Positions 10,795 to 22,830 of a DNA stretch of 28,573 nucleotides are shown here, one piece after another. Below the pieces are notes generated by a model. That model did no database searches and was not told the DNA's origin. It saw nothing but the letters and a program-made list of their open reading frames with translations. The stretch spans positions 1 to 28,573 of the forward strand of contig NIVC01001812.1 of the NCBI GenBank assembly GCA_002269645.1, in the 5' to 3' direction. The stretch is from Macrostomum lignano. Its lineage: Eukaryota. Each line of letters begins with the position of its first letter. Within the stretch, counting starts at the first letter, position 1. The translations under genes were made by a program, and so were the position numbers.

Positions 10795-12390
10795 CAGGGG
10801 GAGAGGGTGGGAGAAAAATAGGGGAGAGAAGTAGAGAGGGAGAGAAGTAGACAAAGAGAAGTAGAGAGGAAGGAGAAGTAGAGGGGAAAAGTAGAGAGGG
10901 GGAAGTAGATAGAAAAGAGAAGTAGAGAGGAGGGAGAAGTAGAGAGGAGGGAGAAGTAGAGAGGAGGGAGAAGTAGAGAGGAGGGAGAAGTAGAGGAGGG
11001 AGAAGTAGAGGAGGGAGAAGTAGAGAAGTGGAGAAGTGGAGAGTGGCAGAAGTAGAGAGCAGGAGAAGTAGAGGAGGGAGAATTAGAGAAGTGGAGAAGT
11101 AGAGAGTGGCAGAAGTAGAGAGCAGGAGAAGTAGAGGAGGGAGAATTACAGAGGATGCACAAGTAGAGAAAGAGAGGAGCAGTAGAGAATTTGAGAAGTA
11201 GAGGAGGGAGAAGTAGAGAAGTGGAGAAGTAGAGAAGTGGGAGAAGTGGAGAAGTAGAGAAGTGGGAGAAGTGGGGAAGTAGAGAAGTGGAGAAGCAGAG
11301 AGGGGAGAAGTAGAGAGAGGGAGAAGTAGAGAAGTGGAGAAGTAGAGAGTGGGAGAAGTAGAGAAGTGGAGAAGTAGAGAGTGGGAGAAGTAGAGAAGTG
11401 GAGAAGTAGAGAGTGGGAGAAGTAGAGAAGTGGAGAAGTAGAAAGGGGAGAAGTAGAGAGTGGGAGAAGTAGAAAAGTGGAGAAGCAGAGAGGGGAGAAG
11501 TAGAGAAGTGGGGAAGTAGAGAAGTGGAGAAGTAGAGAAGTGGGAGAAGTGGAGAAGTAGAGAAGTGGGAGAAGTGGGGAAGTAGAGAAGTGGGGAAGTA
11601 GAGAAGTGGAGAAGTAGAGAAGTGGGAGAAGCAGAGAGGGGAGAAGTAGAGAAGTAGGAGAAGTAGAGAAGTGGGAGAAGCAGAGAGGGGAGAAGTGGAG
11701 AAGTAGAGAAGTGGGAGAAGTGGGGAAGTAGAGAAGTGGAGAAGTAGAGAAGTGGGAGAAGCAGAGAGGGGAGAAGTAGAGAAGTGGGAGAAGTAGAGAA
11801 GTGGGAGAAGCAGAGAGGGGAGAAGTGGAGAAGTAGAGAAGTGGGAGAAGTGGGAGAAGTGGAGAAGTAGAGAAGTGGAGAAGTAGAGAAGTGGGAGAAG
11901 CAGAGAGGGGAGAAGTAGAGAAGTGGGAGAAGCAGAGAGGGGAGAAGTAGAGAAGTGGAGAAGTAGAGAGTGGGAGAAGTAGAGAAGTGGAGAAGTAGAG
12001 AGTGGGAGAAGTAGAGAAGTGGAGAAGTAGAGAATGGGAGAAGTAGAGAAGTGGAGAAGTAGAGAGGGGAGAAGTAGAGAAGTGGGGAAGTAGAGAAGTG
12101 GAAAAGTAGAGAGTGGGAGAAGTAGAGAAGTGGGAGAAGCAGAGAGGGGAGAAGTAGAGAAGTGGGGAAGTAGAGAAGTGGAGAAGTAGAGAAGTGGGAG
12201 AAGTGGAGAAGTAGAGAAGTGGGAGAAGTGGGGAAGTAGAGAAGTGGAGAAGTAGAGAAGTGGGAGAAATGGAGAAGTAGAGAAGTGGGAGAAGCAGAGA
12301 GGGGAGAAGTAGAGAAGTGGAGAAGTAGAGAGTGGGAGAAGTAGAGAAGTGGAGAAGTAGAGAGTGGGAGAAGTAGAGAGGAGAAGTAGA
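10795..12390. repeat. ~1.6-kb purine-rich array (GAGAAGTAGA/GAGAAGTGG(G)A variants)
   Basis: Almost no C and few T on the + strand; ~10-bp basic units in higher-order blocks. Confidence 0.95.
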
Positions 12391-12850
12391 AAAAGGAGAG
12401 AAAGAGAGGGAACGTGAGATGAGAATTAGTGGTGGTATGTAAGGTGAGAGAGTGCAGGCTATCAGCGAGAGCAGGTCAGTCAGTGAGTCACTGACAGAGA
12501 GGAAGTAAAAAGTGTAAGTGGCGCGGAGTCTGCAGCTGGCAGCCCTGGGCAGGCTACGGTTCGGCATTGCCATAAATTTCGCCTTATCACCGTAGCAGTG
12601 TGAGGCTCACGGGACTGGAAATGAATGAGCAGGGATGAGTTAGGAGTTGCGGTCTAGCGGTGAGTCCGCCTGCAGTTGCTTTATGCTGAGCGAGTTGGTA
12701 TTTCGGTCTCAGCACTGCCTGCCTGAGTTAGGGCTGAATATAGGGCTGAGATACTCAGCAGTGTTAAAGTTTAATGCTGCTTTAATTTATGTTCATTAAT
12801 AGCATTAGCTTTCCACAATTCATTGATGAGCTTGCATGGCCTTAATTCTG

Positions 12851-12925
<75 letters not shown>

Positions 12926-12926
12926 G

Positions 12927-12996
<70 letters not shown>

Positions 12997-13292
12997 CATA
13001 CATGCGCAACCTCCAAAATTCGGTCGGCCGTGCGACTTAGTTTTAACAAAAATGCGACGTAGTTTTTGGCCAAAAATGCGACTTACATGTAAAAAACCCT
13101 AGAGCAAAATTAACGCAACTTTGGGTAAACGGCAGGAGTAACTATGACTGTCCTATTAAGGCAAAATGCCTCGTCAGCTACTTAGTACTACTACTTGGGT
13201 ATTTTTTGGGTTGGCATTTTCGCGATTTCCTTGGTTGGCCACCAAATCAGTCGGCCAGATTGGCCGACTCGGCCGACTGTTGCGTATGTATG
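12997..13292. mobile_element. 296-bp MITE-like non-autonomous element inserted in a (TATC)n array
   Basis: Left end CATACATGCGCAAC (12997-13010) matches the reverse complement of right end GTTGCGTATGTATG (13279-13292) at 13/14. Subterminal GTCGGCC/GGCCGAC motifs at both ends, three TGCGAC(T/G)TA repeats (13031, 13053, 13077), palindrome TTTTTGGCCAAAAA (13063-13076), 9-bp hairpin at 13249-13269. TATC continues on both sides. Confidence 0.7.
13123..13186 (+). pseudogene. Degenerate 64-nt fragment of eukaryotic 28S rRNA (helix 69-71 region)
   Basis: GGGTAAACGGCAGGAGTAACTATGACT-GTCCTATTAAGGCA-AAATGCCTCGTCAGCTACTTAGT versus the recalled conserved 28S GGGTAAACGGCGGGAGTAACTATGACT-CTCTTAAGGTAGCC-AAATGCCTCGTCATCTAATTAGT: 26/27 in the first block, 13/13 in AAATGCCTCGTCA, 8/10 after it. 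Comparison made from memory, not by search. Confidence 0.8.
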
Positions 13293-13376
<84 letters not shown>

Positions 13377-13377
13377 C

Positions 13378-13425
<48 letters not shown>

Positions 13426-13465
13426 ATCTATCTATCTATCTATCCATCTATCTATCTATCTATCC

Positions 13466-13496
<31 letters not shown>

Positions 13497-13516
13497 AATC
13501 TATCCATCTATCTATA

Positions 13517-13580
<64 letters not shown>

Positions 13581-13581
13581 C

Positions 13582-13688
<107 letters not shown>

Positions 13689-13721
13689 CATCTATCTATC
13701 TATCCATCTATCTATCTATCC

Positions 13722-13752
<31 letters not shown>

Positions 13753-13765
13753 CATCTATCTATCC

Positions 13766-13816
<51 letters not shown>

Positions 13817-13877
13817 CATCTATCTATCTATCTATCCATCTATCTATCTATCTATCTATCTATCCATCTATCTATCC

Positions 13878-13932
<55 letters not shown>

Positions 13933-14040
13933 CATCTATCTATCTATCTATCCATCTATCTATCTATCTATCTATCTATCAATCTATCCATCTATCTATA
14001 TATCTATCTATCTATCTATCTATCTATCCATCTATCAATA

Positions 14041-14164
<124 letters not shown>

Positions 14165-14165
14165 C

Positions 14166-14228
<63 letters not shown>

Positions 14229-14253
14229 GATCTATATATCTATCTATCTATCC

Positions 14254-14288
<35 letters not shown>

Positions 14289-14329
14289 CATCTATCTATA
14301 TATCTATCTATCTATCTATCTATCTATCC

Positions 14330-14411
<82 letters not shown>

Positions 14412-14543
14412 GTATCTATCTATCTATCTATGTATCATCTATCCAATACAGTCCCTCTACTAAACTATTCAGTAGTAAGATAAGAGTTGTGTAGTTAAAA
14501 AAATCCTCAACGATAACCCAACCCGCCCTCCAATTTAAACCAG

Positions 14544-14944
14544 GCGAGCCGCACGGCAGCCGCTACATGTCTCTGCCAGTCGGAGCGTCCCGAGCTCGAT
14601 CCCCGGTCGGATGCAGCTGCTCCAGCATCATGGAAGAAGATCCGCTGCTTTCGCAACAGCAGCAGCAGCAGCAGCACGAGAACATTCCTTTGACGCTTAG
14701 CGGCGCAGGCTGCAGCACCTTCAGCCGGCACCAGCACCATCAGCAGCCGGTGCTTAACTTGCTCGAGGACCCGCAGTTCAACCAGGTGAAACTGGTTGGC
14801 CGCTCGCCAAATCGCTTGCCGCCAATCGCCGGCAGCCGCTCGGCAACGCCCCAGCAACCGTTGCTAAGCAGTTTTGGCGGCAACCAGACCCAGAACTCTG
14901 GCGGTGGCGGCGACGGCGCCGGCTCGGGAACTGCTGCGGTCTAA
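14544..14944 (+). CDS. Probable terminal coding exon of the protocadherin
   Basis: Acceptor tttaaaccAG at 14542-14543; phase 1 matches exon D (G|GC). GC-rich island after the TATC array encodes GEPHGSRYMSLPV..QQQQQQQ..GCSTFSRH..GSGTAAV, stop TAA at 14942-14944. Confidence 0.7.
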
Positions 14945-15079
14945 CAGACGCCATGTGCTGTGAAATTCAGGACTTGATTGAGTTGATTCGTGCGACTAAG
15001 GGTTTTAGATATCATTTTTAGGTCGCGGTGACTGCAAATTACTGAGATTAAGGTGAGATTAAGGGAGATAGATGCATCT

Positions 15080-15850
15080 AGAGATAAGCGAAAACTGTGG
15101 GAGATAAAGGGAGAGACAGTGAGAGATGAAGGGAGAGCCAGGGAGAGATGAAGGGAGAGACAGTGAGAGATGAAGGGGAGACAGTGAGAGATGAAGGGAG
15201 AGACAGTAAGAGATGAAGGGAGAGACAGTGAAAGATAAAAGGAAAAAACAGTGAGAGATGAAGGGAGAGACAGTGAGAGATGAAGGGGGAGAAAGAGGTG
15301 AAGGAAGAGACGGTTAGAGATGAAAGGAGATACAGTGAGAGATGAAGGGAGAGACAGTGAGAGATGAAGGAAGATAGAGTGAGAGATGAAGGAAGATAGA
15401 GTGAGAGATGAAGGAAGATAGAGTGAGAGATGAAGGGAGAGACAGTGAGAGATGAAGGGAGAGACAGTGAGAGATGAAGGGAGAGACAGTGAGAGATGAA
15501 GGGAGAGACAGTGAGAGATGAAGGGAGAGACAGTGAGAGATGAAGGGAGAGACAGTGAGAGATGAAGGGAGAGACAGTGAGAGATGAAGGGAGAGACAGT
15601 GAGAGATGAAGGGAGAGACAGTGAGAGATGAAAGGAGAGACAGTGAGAGATGAAGGGAGAGACAGTGAGAGATGAAGGGAGAGACAGGGAGAGATGAAGG
15701 GAGAGAAAGAGGTGAAGGAAGAGACGGTTAGAGATGAAAGGAGATACAGTGAGAGATGAAGGGAGAGACAGTGAAAGATAAAAGGAAAAAACAGTGAGAG
15801 ATGAAGGGAGAGACAGGGAGAGATGAAGGGAGAGATAGAGATGAAGGAAG
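15080..15850. repeat. 22-bp purine-rich minisatellite (GAGAGATGAAGGGAGAGACAGT)
   Basis: Homogeneous core at ~15430-15670. Confidence 0.95.
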
Positions 15851-16624
15851 ACAATTTAGAAACATTTCCGAATTTAGCGCAGTCTCCCCTCATTTATAGT
15901 ACTTACATGTATAAACCGCAATATTTTCCATTGTTTGAAAAAAAACAAAGCTATTTTTGTTATAAAAAAGTAAATTTTTCAAATTTTCATACCTATATAC
16001 TCAAAACCGCTTTTCAAACTTGCTCTAACAAAAATTTCAGTTTAATTTGCTTTTCTGCCCAAGTCTAAATTTTTCGCTTCTGCAAATGCTGCTACTAACA
16101 GTAATTGAATGTATTTTAATATTTTTATTGTTGTCACTAATCTGTCTGTGAACAAAAACAGCTGCTTTTAACTTTCATGCCGAATTGTGAAACTAGAAAA
16201 AATTCGCCCCAGACTCACCTAAAAAAGCATTTTTGTAAAGCCTTTGCATATAAGCGATTACTAAAACAGCATATCGCACTACTTAATCCTACTTCTATTT
16301 GATAGTAGTATAAAATGCGCATCAATATTGTTCTATTTGTATTGTGCTAGCTTATTGGCAATAATTTCTTTGGAAAAATGATTAAATTTTAGTTCAACTT
16401 AATTATGTGAATTAAGTGCATGTTTAATATTCGAATTCTCTAAGCTTAATTTTATGAACTTTTTGTCACCGCGCGTTTAAAGTTTAACCAATACAAACTT
16501 TTAAATATACTGCCAATATAATGCTGACTCTGATACTGCAATAATTGCTTTTAACAGCTGCGTACCAGACTCTGCATGGAATAAAATATTTCCTTGCTAT
16601 TAAAAGATTTTTTTCTTTTTTCTT

Positions 16625-16870
16625 TGCTCAAGGACTCACGACTTGAGGGTTGTGGGTTCGATTCCCGATCCCACTGGAACAATTTGTGTCCCTGAGCAAG
16701 ACACTTAACTCTGCATTGCTTCAGTTCACCCAGCTGTAAAATGGGTGCCAGCATTAGCTGGGGTAATTGAGGCTGTGTGTGGCGACCCCCCTCCAGTCTT
16801 TGGACTGAACAGCCGTACGCAGCCTTCAGATGCGCTGCGCAATAGCTGCGGCTGAGCTGTCGGTTGCACA
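16625..16870 (+). mobile_element. tRNA-derived SINE with a CORE (MIR-like) central domain, 5'-degenerate
   Basis: Pol III B-box GGTTCGATTCC at 16655-16665, followed by TGTGTCCCTGAGCAAGACACTTAACTC..CTTCAGTTCACCCAGCTGTAAAATGGG (16685-16745), resembling the MIR core TGTGACCTTGGGCAAGTTACTTAACC..CCTCAGTTTCCTCATCTGTAAAATGGG. No clear A-box; boundaries approximate. Confidence 0.7.
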
Positions 16871-16884
16871 TCTGCCCATTAGTA

Positions 16885-17580
16885 GATCCTCAGATCCTCA
16901 AATCCTCAGATCCTCATCCTCAGATCCTCAAATTCCCTGATTCTCAAATTCTCAAATTCTCAGATCCTCAAATCCTCAGATTAATTAGTCCTCAAATCCT
17001 TAAATTCTCAAATTCTCAGATCCTCAAATCCTCAGATGCTCAAATCCTCAGATTAATTAGTCCTCAAATCCTTAAATTCTCAAATTCTCAGATCCTCAAA
17101 TCCTCAGATCCTCAAATCCTCAGATGCTCAAATCCTCAAATTCTCAGATCTTCAGATCCTCAGATGCTCAAATCCTCAAATTCTCAGATCTTCAGATCCT
17201 CAGATGCTCAAATCCTCAAATTCTCAGATCTTCAGATCCTCAGATGCTCAAATCCTCCAATTCTCAGATCCTCAAATTCTCAGATCTTCAGATCCTCAGA
17301 TGCTCAAATCCTCCAATTCTCAGATCCTCAAATCCTCAGATCCCCCAATACTCAAATCCTCAGATCCCCGAATTCTCAGATCCCCCAATACTCAAATCCT
17401 CAGATCCCCGAATTCTCAGATTCTCAAACTCTCACATCCTCATTCTCAGATCTCAAAATTCTCATCCTCAAATCCTTAGATGCATGAATCCTCAAATCCT
17501 CAAATTCTCAGATCCGCAATTGCTCAAATTCTTAGACCCTCAGATCCTCAGGTCTTTAGATTCTCAAATCCTCAATTTTT
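16885..17580. repeat. 8-bp-based array (TCCTCAGA/TCCTCAAA/TTCTCAGA)
   Basis: Repeated CTCAGAT/CTCAAAT units with higher-order blocks. Confidence 0.9.
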
Positions 17581-18043
17581 AGAATTCTTCAGACCCCATG
17601 CTGATCTGCCAAACCCATTATATCCCAATTTTCTCCCAAGAATTATCCCGTCATTCATTTTCCTTGCGAGATTCCCCATTCCATTTTCACGACCCCATCG
17701 TTCATTCAGCCATGCAGTTTATCGTTGTGCCGGTTTTAAAGTGAATGGGATTCTATTCCCAAAGCGATCAGACTCTGTTGCAGTTGTGGCAGAACTCTAA
17801 AAGTACACCACACACTGGCTCGCGCCTGCAGTGTGACATGGTTACTAAAAATTTTTTTCGCTCTATCGAACTGAAACTCTGAACCAAACAGCGAGTCATG
17901 CCTCTCCCGCGCTCTGTGACAGCTCGGTAATACGCGAGTAGAAAATTTATGACTCAAAAATAACTGGAGCGAATCAAAAATGGGGTGCCGGCAGTCCAGT
18001 GTAGTGGAGCATGGACTTCAATCATTTGACTACTGTCACGACT

Positions 18044-19215
18044 GCATTGATCGGTATTGTGAATAAATAGTCAAAGCTGTGTCAGATGCATCGATCGGTA
18101 TTGTGAATAAATAGTCAAAGCTGTGTCAGATAGAGACATGATTTTGTGTCAGATAGAGCCTCATTTTGTGTCAGATAGAGCCTCATTTTGTGTCAGATAG
18201 AGCCTCATTGTGTCTGCAGATAGAGCCTCATTTTGTCTCAGATAGTGTCTCATTTTGTGTCAGATAGAGCCTCCTTTTGTGTCAGATAGAGCCTCATTTT
18301 GTGTCAGATAGTGTCACATTTTGTGTCAGATAGAGTTTCATTTTGTGTCAGATAGAGCCTCATTTTGTGTCAGATAGAGCCTCATTTTGTGTCAGATAGA
18401 GCCTCATTTTGTGTCAGATAGTGTCTCATTTTGTGAACGATAGAGCCTCATTTTGTGTCAGATAGTGTCACATTTTGTGTCAGATAGAGTTTCATTTTGT
18501 GTCAGATAGAGCCTCATTTTGTGTCAGATAGTGTCACATTTTGTGTCAGATAGAGTTTCATTTTGTGTCAGATAGAGCCTCATTTTGTGTCAGATAGAGC
18601 CTCATTTTGTGTCAGATAGAGCCTCATTTTGTGTCAGATAGTGTCTCATTTTGTGTCAGATAGAGCCTCATTTTGTGTCAGATAGAGCCTCATTTTGTGT
18701 CAGATAGTGTCACATTTTGTGTCAGATAGAGTTTCATTTTGTGTCAGATAGAGCCTCATTTTGTGTCAGATAGAGCCTAATTTTGTGTCAGATAGTGTCT
18801 CATTTTGTGTCCGATAGAGCCTCATTTTGTGTCAGATAGTGTCTCATTTTGTGTCAGATGGGGCCTCCTTTTGTGTCAGATAGAGCCTCATTTTGTGTCA
18901 GATAGAGCCTCATTTTGTGTCAGATAGAGCCTCATTTTGTGTCAGATAGAGCCTCATTTTGTGTCAGATAGAGCCTCATTTTGTGTCAGATAGAGCCTCA
19001 TTTTGTGTCAGATAGAGCCTCATTTTGTGTCAGATAGAGCCTCATTTTGTGTCAGAGGGTAGGTTATTTAAGTCAGATAGAGCCTCATTTTGTGTCAGAT
19101 AGAGCCTCATTTTGTGTCAGAGGGATCGGTTATTTGTGTCAGATGGACCTATTACTTGTGTCAGATAGAGGCATGACTTGTATCAGGAAATGAATAGTTT
19201 GTGTCAGATAACTGA
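18044..19215. repeat. 44-bp tandem duplication (18044-18131) followed by a 22-bp minisatellite (GATAGAGCCTCATTTTGTGTCA)
   Basis: Two 44-mers with one mismatch, then ~48 copies of a 22-mer. Confidence 0.95.
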
Positions 19216-20199
19216 ATACCCGCTGCCAAACAGCTTCAATAACTTTGTCTCAGTGACAGAAGAATACATGAAAACTTAGAAATGTTCAAGACTGCAAGCT
19301 CTCTATATGAGCTGTCAATCAAATTATAAGAATGGCATTCTCTAAGAGTCGCTCCTGCCCCCCCCCCGCAGTTTAAAAGTACAAGTCAACAAAAAGCTTC
19401 CAATACTTTCTACAGAGAATAAATTCTCCTCATTACTAAGTTGATTTCCTTTTAATCTCTTCTGATTATGGGATCGCAGATCTATAAACAGAATGCTCGA
19501 TAATTTGACTCTGCACTGCACTGTACTGTATTTGCGTGGAGGGTTCGGGTTCGGGCAGTTAGGGAGTTCTCCCCAGGCACTGAGATGCATGCGACAGAAA
19601 AGTGTTGCGATGTGCAGCCAGTCGCGTTGATAGCAGTACAGGGGGACAGAATGTACACGCGCAGTAACCCCCTTCTCGCCTTGAATCTTCCTAACCCTCC
19701 CGAGTTCCTCCCTTCTCGACTCAATCTAATCTCTCTCCCTGAACTGTACATTGGAGAATCTATTTGAGAGGCTAGAATTTGAGTTGGAAGGGCGAGGGCC
19801 TGAAAATTCCTAATTCTCTATTCCCAATATAGTGAAGCTCCGTGTGTTTTTATAACTTGCTGCTTGGGCAGGTCAAACTGCAAAGTCAGAATATCTCTTG
19901 TAATAACTTGTTAAAAAGACGAGACTGAATTTGTGCGCGATTTGTTTAATTCTACATTCTCTTTTATCTATAGAGAGGCGACGACAAACAGATAACTTCT
20001 TCCGGTGAGATTGCTGTTCTCTTTTATTGCTTTCGTATTTTCTTGCTGGTTGGCGAAAATTCTGCACCGGAAATTGCTTTGAACTGCCGCGGTTGCTTGT
20101 TTGTGCAGACGGGAAGTAGGTAGAATAGAAGCGGTTAAACTACCTGTATAGGTATCCATTTGCCTGCATGGCAGTTTAGATATGCTATCTGTTTTGTGT

Positions 20200-20755
<556 letters not shown>

Positions 20756-21212
20756 CCATGACTGTCCCGATACTGTAAGCCCCTTCTCATTATCACCCAT
20801 TATCTCATAGCCTGTTTCTCTTGCACCGCATTTTACAACAGGCTCTGATCACAATTGCAAATTGTAAAACAGGTTCACTCCAGCCGCGGCAGGAGACCAG
20901 AGTTAACAGGGGCGGCAAGTGCGCAGAACAGCCCCACCTCTCCTCCCGATTCGCAATTTGCAGGTATTCATGCAGATTGTGGAATTAAGATTGTGGACAG
21001 GTTTTGGCGCACGAGCGTCAAAGAAGACAAACAAAGTTTTTGTAGATGTGTGGGGTAGCGGGTCATTACAGGCAGGTCAGGCCTATAAAGTTTAGGTTTA
21101 CCGCTGCGGCGGGACATGCACCAATAAGCAAGAACTGTTGTGACATTGTGCAATATTAATTGAACTTCAGTCTCCTAAAGTAAATTTTGTGATTGCCGAA
21201 GATTTTGCAAAA

Positions 21213-21253
21213 ATGTCGCTCAGTGCGTCGCCTTTCTTGACTGGGCAGCCCAG
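21213..21253 (+). CDS. Candidate first coding exon of a second gene (MSLSASPFLTGQP+ag)
   Basis: aaaATG at 21213 and a strong donor cag|GTGAGG at 21254. Phase 2 matches the acceptor at 22180. An upstream acceptor cttcAG at 21169-21170 is also in frame, so the true start may lie further 5'. Confidence 0.5.
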
Positions 21254-21279
21254 GTGAGGTTCGCAATCCTCTGGATTCA

Positions 21280-22090
21280 AGTCCCTCAGACCCCAAGGTC
21301 CCTCAGACGCTTATGTCCCTCAGACCCCAAGGTCCCTCAGACCCTCAGGTCCCTCAGACCCTCAGGTCCCTCAGACCCTCAGGTCCCTCAGACCCCAAGG
21401 TCCCTCAGACCCTCAGGTCCCTCAGACTCTCAGGTCCCTCAGACCCTCAGGTCCCTCAGACCCTCAGGTCCCTCAGACCCTAAGGTCCCTCAGACCCTCA
21501 GGTCCCTCAGACGCTCAGGTCCCTCAGACGCTCAGGTCCCTCAGACCCTCAGGTCCCTCAGACCCTCAGGTCCCTCAGACCCTCAGGTCCCTATGACTCT
21601 CAGGTCCCTCAGACCCTCAGGTCCCTCAGACCCTCAGGTCCCTCAGACCCTAAGGTCCCTCAGACCCTCAGGTCCCTCAGACGCTCAGGTCCCTCAGACC
21701 CTCAGGTCCCTCAGACCCTCAGGTCCCTCAGACCCTCAGGTCCCTAAGACCCTCAGGTCCCTATGACCCTCAGGTCCCTCAGACCCTCAGGTCCCTATGA
21801 CCCTCAGGTCCCTCAGACCCTCAGGTCCCTCAGACCCTCAGGTCCCTCAGACCCTCAGGTCCCTCAGACCCTCAGGTCCCTCAGACCCTCAGGTCCCTCA
21901 GACCCTCAGGTCCCTCAGACCCTCAGGTCCCTCAGACCCTCAGGTCCGTCAGACCCTCAGGTCCCTCAGACCCTCAGGTCCCTCAGACCCTCAGGTCCCT
22001 ATGACCCTCAGGACCCTCAGACCCTTAAACTCCAAACCCTCAGACTCCGGACCCCCAGATTCTTCCAGACCCTCAGACCCTCAGGTCCTC
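21280..22090. repeat. 17-bp minisatellite (CCCTCAGACCCTCAGGT) filling the first intron of the candidate second gene
   Basis: 17-aa periodicity in all three forward frames. Confidence 0.95.
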
Positions 22091-22180
22091 AAATTCTTAA
22101 ATCTTCAGGGCCTCAGACTCTTACTCTCAGGCTAGTGTGACTACTCATTCAACCCCATCTTTCGATTCCATCGCTCGCAG

Positions 22181-22467
22181 ATCCCAATCCATGATGGAGC
22201 CGCTGCACGAGTGCCAGACGGAGGCGGACCAGCAGATTCTGCGGAATCCTCCCCATCAACGACCGCATCAGCAGCCCCATCATCACCTGCCTTACCTGCA
22301 CCGTCAGCGAGACTATTCAACGACCTCCTCGGCGAGTCAGATTGGCAGCGGCGTCAGTAGGAGCAGCTCGCGCGTTTCGTTTGCCACTTCTCAGCGAGAC
22401 AGCAGCAATCTGGACGATGTTCTGGAGCAGCTGAACACTGAGCTGGGCAGCTTGCGGAAGCAGCACG
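22181..22467 (+). CDS. Candidate exon of the second gene; unknown protein with a short predicted coiled coil
   Basis: Pyrimidine-rich acceptor tcgctcgcAG at 22179-22180. GC-rich non-repetitive island encoding SQSMMEPLHECQ..SSRVSFATSQRDSSNLDDVLEQLNTELGSLRKQH. Possible donor cacg|GTAGG at 22468. Confidence 0.6.
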
Positions 22468-22491
22468 GTAGGCCGGATCCAAGTTTGGTGA

Positions 22492-22830
22492 TCGACAACC
22501 ACCTCATTCAAATAGACAACCACCTCATTCAAATAGACAACCACCTCATTCAAATAGACAACCACTTCATTCAAATAGACAACCACCTCATTCAAATAGA
22601 AAACCAACTCATTAAAATAGACAAGAACCTCATTCAAATAGACAACCACCTCATTCAAATAGAAAACCAACTCATTAAAATAGACAAGAACCTCATTCAA
22701 ATAGACAACCACCTCATTAAAACTGCCAATCATCTCATTAAAACAGCCAACCACCCCATTAAAACTGTCAACCACCCCATAAAAATAGACAACAAGTTAA
22801 TTAAAATAGACAACTACCTACCAAAAAAGA
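22492..22830. repeat. 21-bp minisatellite (GACAACCACCTCATTCAAATA)
   Basis: About 15 copies; open as (IDNHLIQ)n in frame with the preceding exon. Confidence 0.9.

Noticed and set aside
13123-13186. Functional rRNA gene
   Set aside because: Only 64 nt, altered in a conserved core, with no flanking rDNA.
14930-14944. C-terminal PDZ-binding motif (TAAV)
   Set aside because: The -2 residue is Ala, not Ser/Thr, so it does not fit class I.
16640-16680. tRNA gene
   Set aside because: Only a B-box; no cloverleaf or A-box, and it runs into a SINE core.
17808-18007. Possible second MITE with CCAC(T)ACACTGG inverted ends
   Set aside because: Only ~11 bp with an indel and no target-site duplication; too weak without a copy search.
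18132-19215. CRISPR-like appearance of the regular 22-bp and 30-bp arrays
   Set aside because: Units are head-to-tail with no unique spacers, there are no cas genes, and the context is eukaryotic and intron-containing.
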